From: Microcoleus sp. | GTDB taxonomy: Bacteria > Cyanobacteriota > Cyanobacteriia > Cyanobacteriales > Microcoleaceae | Assembly: GCA_042408215.1 (NCBI GenBank) | Contig: JAYFMW010000028.1 | Coordinates: forward strand, 1 to 64,000 | Direction: 5' to 3' | Length of the DNA stretch: 64,000 bases | In this document: piece after piece, positions 63,124 through 64,000 of the stretch | Layout of the letters: the number at the start of each line of letters is the position of its first letter | Position numbering within the stretch: position 1 is the first letter of the stretch | Translations under genes and position numbers: made by a program | Notes under the pieces: generated by a model | Database searches by the model: none | Seen by the model: only the letters and a program-made list of their open reading frames with translations | Told to the model about the DNA's origin: nothing

Positions 63124-64000
63124 ATGGTTGCTGCCAATTTGAATCCAACTAGAAATTCTGAGCAATTAACTAAATTAAAAATTGCTGAATTGCGACTTTT
63201 GATGCTTAATTATGACTTAGATTGCTATTTCGTCCCAGCCGTTGACGAACACTTAAATTTATCAGTACCAGAAGCTAAGCAGCGGCGAGCTTGGATTAGT
63301 GGGTTTACCGGTTCCGCTGGCGATTTCTTGGTTGGTAAAAATTCGGCTTGGTTGTTTGTGGATTCCCGCTACTACGAACAAGCAGAATTGCAAGTTGATT
63401 CTGCACTCATCCAAATATCGAAACTCGGTTTGGAAGGAAATCTTAATTTCATTGAAACTTTAGAAAAGCTGGCTGTAGAATCTGCACCAAGTCAAACTAA
63501 ATTGCGTTTAGGTTTCGATCCGTTTACTCTGTCTGTTGAGCAATATCAGAGTTGGGTGAAGAAATTTGCTACTGCTGGAATTGAACTCATACCAATATCT
63601 GAGAATTTAGCCGACAAAGTTCGTTGGCGAAGCCCTCGCAGAGGATCGCACAATCTAGCAAAAACATCGGAAACCTTACCTGCGATCGATGAATCTCCCA
63701 TATTTAGTCTACCTGTATCCCTGACAGGAGAAAGCGCAGCCGAAAAATTAGCCAGAGTCAGGGAAGCGATGCAAAAAGCTAACATCGATGTGCTTCCGAT
63801 TACCAACCTCAATCAAATAGCATGGTTGTTCAATCTCCGGGGTTCGGATATTCCCAACATTCCGATTTTTATCTCCTATGCAATTGTCACGCCCGATGCA
63901 GCTTTTCTGTTTACCAACCCGGAAAGAGTTTCACCAGAAATTCAGCAAGATTTACACAACTGCGCGACTCTGCTTCCCTACGCAAAATATCCCGAAACCT
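63124..64000 (+). CDS. aminopeptidase P (M24) family, runs off window end
   Basis: DEHL..RRAWISGFTGSAG, VDSRYYEQA, IAWLFNLRGSDIP. Confidence 0.88.
   Translation, partial: MVAANLNPTRNSEQLTKLKIAELRLLMLNYDLDCYFVPAVDEHLNLSVPEAKQRRAWISGFTGSAGDFLVGKNSAWLFVDSRYYEQAELQVDSALIQISKLGLEGNLNFIETLEKLAVESAPSQTKLRLGFDPFTLSVEQYQSWVKKFATAGIELIPISENLADKVRWRSPRRGSHNLAKTSETLPAIDESPIFSLPVSLTGESAAEKLARVREAMQKANIDVLPITNLNQIAWLFNLRGSDIPNIPIFISYAIVTPDAAFLFTNPERVSPEIQQDLHNCATLLPYAKYPET

Overview
Genomic DNA from a filamentous cyanobacterium, probably Oscillatoriales/Microcoleus-like. This is inferred from dense HIP1 GCGATCGC sites, heptamer STRR tracts, PEP-CTERM proteins and DUF433/DUF5615/Uma2 genes. Housekeeping genes (gshB, grxC, hflX, galK, rsmA, ispE, metH, crtO, an aminotransferase, an aminopeptidase P) flank three accessory blocks. 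(1) A DUF488-DUF488-dual-OB three-gene operon (8.7-10.6 kb), a candidate conflict or nucleic-acid-repair module. (2) An ~18 kb block (11.2-29.3 kb) with sigma-70-like factor > DUF1822 > frameshifted membrane pentapeptide-CHAT protease > pilin on the minus strand. Divergent from it are a PEP-CTERM protein, a 2356-aa tandem-subtilase with an antimicrobial-peptide-like segment, a vWA PEP-CTERM protein, a repeat-flanked TA pair and a GNAT. Four of these genes share an upstream motif TGCG[GT]AAAAA-N10-A[AT]T[CT]CG, suggesting a protease/anti-sigma/sigma regulon. (3) An RTX protein followed by three TPR-glycosyltransferases and methyltransferases (39-54 kb). Small mobile repeats are abundant: a HIP1-bounded ~92-bp palindrome array, nested MITEs, and 21/24-nt in-frame inserts. 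Several pseudogenes or frameshifts are present. All calls come from reading the sequence; no searches were run.
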